Shown here: positions 28,065 to 32,000 of the stretch, piece after piece
Layout of the letters: every line of letters starts with the position of its first letter
How positions within the stretch are numbered: the stretch's first letter is position 1
Assembly (NCBI GenBank): GCA_951812855.1
Contig: OX638337.1
Coordinates: forward strand, 1,110,001-1,142,000
Direction: 5' to 3'
From: an uncultured Lentisphaeria bacterium
GTDB taxonomy: Bacteria > Verrucomicrobiota > Lentisphaeria > JABSQK01 > JAJFLO01
DNA: 32,000 nt
Made by a program: the position numbers and the translations under genes
The notes under the pieces: model-generated
Seen by the model: the letters and a program-made list of their open reading frames with translations, nothing else
What the model was told of the DNA's origin: nothing
Database searches by the model: none

Positions 28065-28239
28065 TCACATATGTATGCTAAATGACCAATCGCCCTATCC
28101 CGTTAACGCAAATATAAATGCAATAAACTATTATCACGTTAGTTACAAAACAAAATTAGAAAATTGGCCATCTAACTGCTCTGCCGAGATTGCATATAGT
28201 AACTTTATATTCTTATCGAATTTAGGAGAGAAAAGAAAT

Positions 28240-30186
28240 ATGGGCAAAATATTAGGCATAGATTTAGGGACAACCAATTCTTGCATGGCGGTAATGGAAG
28301 GCGGGGAAGCCGTCGTAATACCCAATGCAGAGGGTCAACGTACAACACCTTCCGTTGTTGCGTTTTCAAAATCTGGCGAAAGGCTGGTGGGCCAGACAGC
28401 CAAACGTCAAGCCGTCACTAATCCGCAAAATACAATTTTTTCTATAAAACGATTTATTGGCAGAAAATATTCTGAAGTAAAAAATGAAACAGAACTCGTT
28501 CCCTATGAGGTTGTTGAAGCAAAAAATGGAGATGTTCATGTAAAAATAGATGACAAAACCTATTCGCCCCCTGAAATTTCTGCGATGATTCTTGCGAAAC
28601 TAAAAGCGGATGCAGAATCATACCTGGATGAATCGGTTAAAGAAGCAGTTATTACCGTACCCGCGTACTTTAATGACAGCCAAAGGCAGGCAACTAAAGA
28701 CGCGGGAAAGATAGCTGGTCTTGAAGTTCGCAGAATTATAAATGAGCCAACTGCAGCATCACTTGCCTATGGTCTTGACAAAAAGAAAGACGAAAAAATT
28801 GCCGTCTATGACTTAGGTGGTGGAACCTTTGATATCTCAATACTTGAATTGGGTGATGGAGTTTTCGAAGTAAAATCAACAAATGGAGACACCCATCTCG
28901 GAGGTGATGACCTTGATGAAGCAATAATTAATTGGCTTGTCAATGAATTTAAAAAAGAGAATGGTATTGATCTAAAGGCTGATCCTATGGCGTTACAGCG
29001 GTTGAAAGAATCTGCTGAAAAGGCAAAATGTGAGCTTTCAAGCAGCTCTGCCAGCGAGATTAACTTACCCTTTATTACTGCAGATGCATCTGGCCCAAAA
29101 CATTTAACGCAATCTTTGACAAAAGCAAATCTGGAGAAATTAACAGACAGCCTCTTAGACAGAACGATTAAGCCATGCAACAACTGTATTAAGGATGCAA
29201 ATTTAACCGCATCAGAGATAAATGAAATCATCATGGTTGGGGGACAAACCCGAATGCCCAGGGTTATTGATATTACTAAAACAATTTTTGGCAAAGATCC
29301 CCATAGAGGAGTCAATCCGGATGAAGTTGTTGCTATAGGTGCCGGAATCCAGGGTGGCGTTTTAGCCGGTGACGTTGACGATGTATTGCTGCTTGACGTG
29401 TCACCACTTTCATTGGGGATTGAAACACTGGGCGGTGTTTATACTAAACTAATCGAAAGAAATACCACGATTCCGACAAAGAAAAATGAAGTATTCAGTA
29501 CAGCAAGTGATAACCAGCCTTCAGTCGAAATTCATGTTCTTCAGGGAGAACGTGAAATGGCTGCCTATAATAAAAGTATCGGAAGATTTCATTTAGATGG
29601 AATTCCTCCGGCACCGAGGGGGATACCTCAAGTTGAAGTTACCTTTGATATAGACGCAAACGGAATTTTACATGTCTCAGCAAAAGATCTTGGAACTGGA
29701 AAAGAACAGAAAATAACAATCACTGCAAATTCAGGTCTTAGCGATGAAGAAGTCGAAAAGATGGTCAACGACGCAAAAACTCATGCTGATGAAGATAAAA
29801 AGAAGAAAGAATCTATTGATACAAAAAATCAAGCTGACACTCTTGTATATCAAACGGAAAAACAGTTGAATGAGAATGGTGAAAAAATTCCTGATGGGAT
29901 TAAAAAGCCTGTCGAAACTGATATTGAAGAGCTCAAGAAAGCCATAAAAGATGATGATACAGAAAAAATGAAATCCATCATGGAAAATCTCCAAAGCAAA
30001 ATGCAGAAATTTGCCGAAGAGTTATACAAAAATGCACCTCCTCCACAAGATCCGGGTGAAAATACTTCAACTGAAAGTGAAGTGTCAAGCAAGGCATCTG
30101 ATTCTTCATCAAAATCAAAAAAACATCATGAAGGAGAGGTGATTGATGCGGAATTTGATATGGTTGATGATGAACAAAGCAAATAA
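28240..30186 (+). CDS. dnaK: Molecular chaperone DnaK (Hsp70)
   Basis: [18 protein letters not shown]..., DLGGGTFD, and an EEVD-less acidic C-terminus. ATG 28240 is preceded by AGGAGAG at 28224-28230. The track start 28075 adds 55 residues that look non-coding. Confidence 0.97.
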   Translation: MGKILGIDLGTTNSCMAVMEGGEAVVIPNAEGQRTTPSVVAFSKSGERLVGQTAKRQAVTNPQNTIFSIKRFIGRKYSEVKNETELVPYEVVEAKNGDVHVKIDDKTYSPPEISAMILAKLKADAESYLDESVKEAVITVPAYFNDSQRQATKDAGKIAGLEVRRIINEPTAASLAYGLDKKKDEKIAVYDLGGGTFDISILELGDGVFEVKSTNGDTHLGGDDLDEAIINWLVNEFKKENGIDLKADPMALQRLKESAEKAKCELSSSSASEINLPFITADASGPKHLTQSLTKANLEKLTDSLLDRTIKPCNNCIKDANLTASEINEIIMVGGQTRMPRVIDITKTIFGKDPHRGVNPDEVVAIGAGIQGGVLAGDVDDVLLLDVSPLSLGIETLGGVYTKLIERNTTIPTKKNEVFSTASDNQPSVEIHVLQGEREMAAYNKSIGRFHLDGIPPAPRGIPQVEVTFDIDANGILHVSAKDLGTGKEQKITITANSGLSDEEVEKMVNDAKTHADEDKKKKESIDTKNQADTLVYQTEKQLNENGEKIPDGIKKPVETDIEELKKAIKDDDTEKMKSIMENLQSKMQKFAEELYKNAPPPQDPGENTSTESEVSSKASDSSSKSKKHHEGEVIDAEFDMVDDEQSK

Positions 30187-30264
30187 CTGTCTGATATATA
30201 AAACAAATTTAAAATATCAACAACAAAAATAAAAAATAAAAATATAGAAAGGAGTTCAACCTAT

Positions 30265-30552
30265 ATGAAAATCAAACCGTTAGGAGATCGAGTCTTAGTT
30301 GAAGATATCGAAGAAACCGAGGAAGTGAAGGGTGGAATTGTAATCCCGGACAGTGCGAAAGAAAAATCCCAGGAGGCCAAAATTGTAGCACTTGGAACGG
30401 GTGGAACAGACGACAAAGGCAAAAAGATTCCATTTGAAGTAGAAGTTGGTGACAAAGTCTTAACTTCAAAATATGGCGGGACTGATGTAAAAGTTAATGA
30501 TCAAGAATACAAGATTTTAAGTTCATCTGATATTCTGGCTGTCATTAAATAA
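30265..30552 (+). CDS. groES: Co-chaperonin GroES
   Basis: 95 aa, [13 protein letters not shown]...[12 protein letters not shown], with an AAAGGAG Shine-Dalgarno sequence upstream. Confidence 0.95.
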   Translation: MKIKPLGDRVLVEDIEETEEVKGGIVIPDSAKEKSQEAKIVALGTGGTDDKGKKIPFEVEVGDKVLTSKYGGTDVKVNDQEYKILSSSDILAVIK

Positions 30553-30583
30553 ACAATTTCCACAGTTACCGTATGAAATTTAA

Positions 30584-32000
<1,417 letters not shown>

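Noticed and set aside
28075-28239. N-terminal extensions suggested by the track for dnaK (28075), ileS (7620), gpmI (12084), the secretin (19165) and the first operon gene (23836)
   Set aside because: In each case an internal ATG with a better Shine-Dalgarno sequence gives the canonical conserved N-terminus or signal peptide, and the extra residues look like translated non-coding DNA.
28806-29315. 169-aa minus-strand ORF and other small ORFs inside dnaK (28143-28325, 28736-28924, 29731-29994, 29850-30092)
   Set aside because: They are antisense or overlapping shadows of the highly conserved dnaK frame.

Overview
This is a visibly AT-rich bacterial chromosomal segment that uses the standard genetic code. 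All calls rest on reading the supplied ORF track and on hand translation; no searches were run. Most of the window is housekeeping: exbB-exbD plus a TPR protein, dapA-dapB, a type-2 ileS, an IMPase-family gene, gpmI, def, guaB-floA, asnS, and dnaK-groES-groEL (groEL runs off the right edge). The stand-out feature is a tightly packed five-gene minus-strand operon at 16472-23836. It encodes a secreted beta-rich protein, a covalent PilM-PilN fusion, a PilO-like bitopic protein, a membrane-anchored protein with thrombospondin-type-3-like Ca-binding repeats, and an ~880-aa secretin with a long TPR-like N-terminal extension. From memory, gene order and sequence features resemble the poorly understood Akkermansia Amuc_1102..Amuc_1098 'pilus-like' cluster, which suggests a Verrucomicrobiota/PVC origin. 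No pilin, prepilin peptidase, ATPase or platform gene lies in the window. Secondary observations: an unannotated 29-aa Arg/Lys-rich micro-ORF resembling ribosomal protein bS22; a 405-aa adenylate-kinase-like protein with unexplained extensions; a small accessory islet (about 1 kb of non-coding AT-rich DNA, an NT5C-like nucleotidase and an IS30 transposase remnant); and two further probable gene remnants, one cydA-like and one lipoprotein-like, that hint at genome erosion. I found no rRNA, tRNA or CRISPR array.
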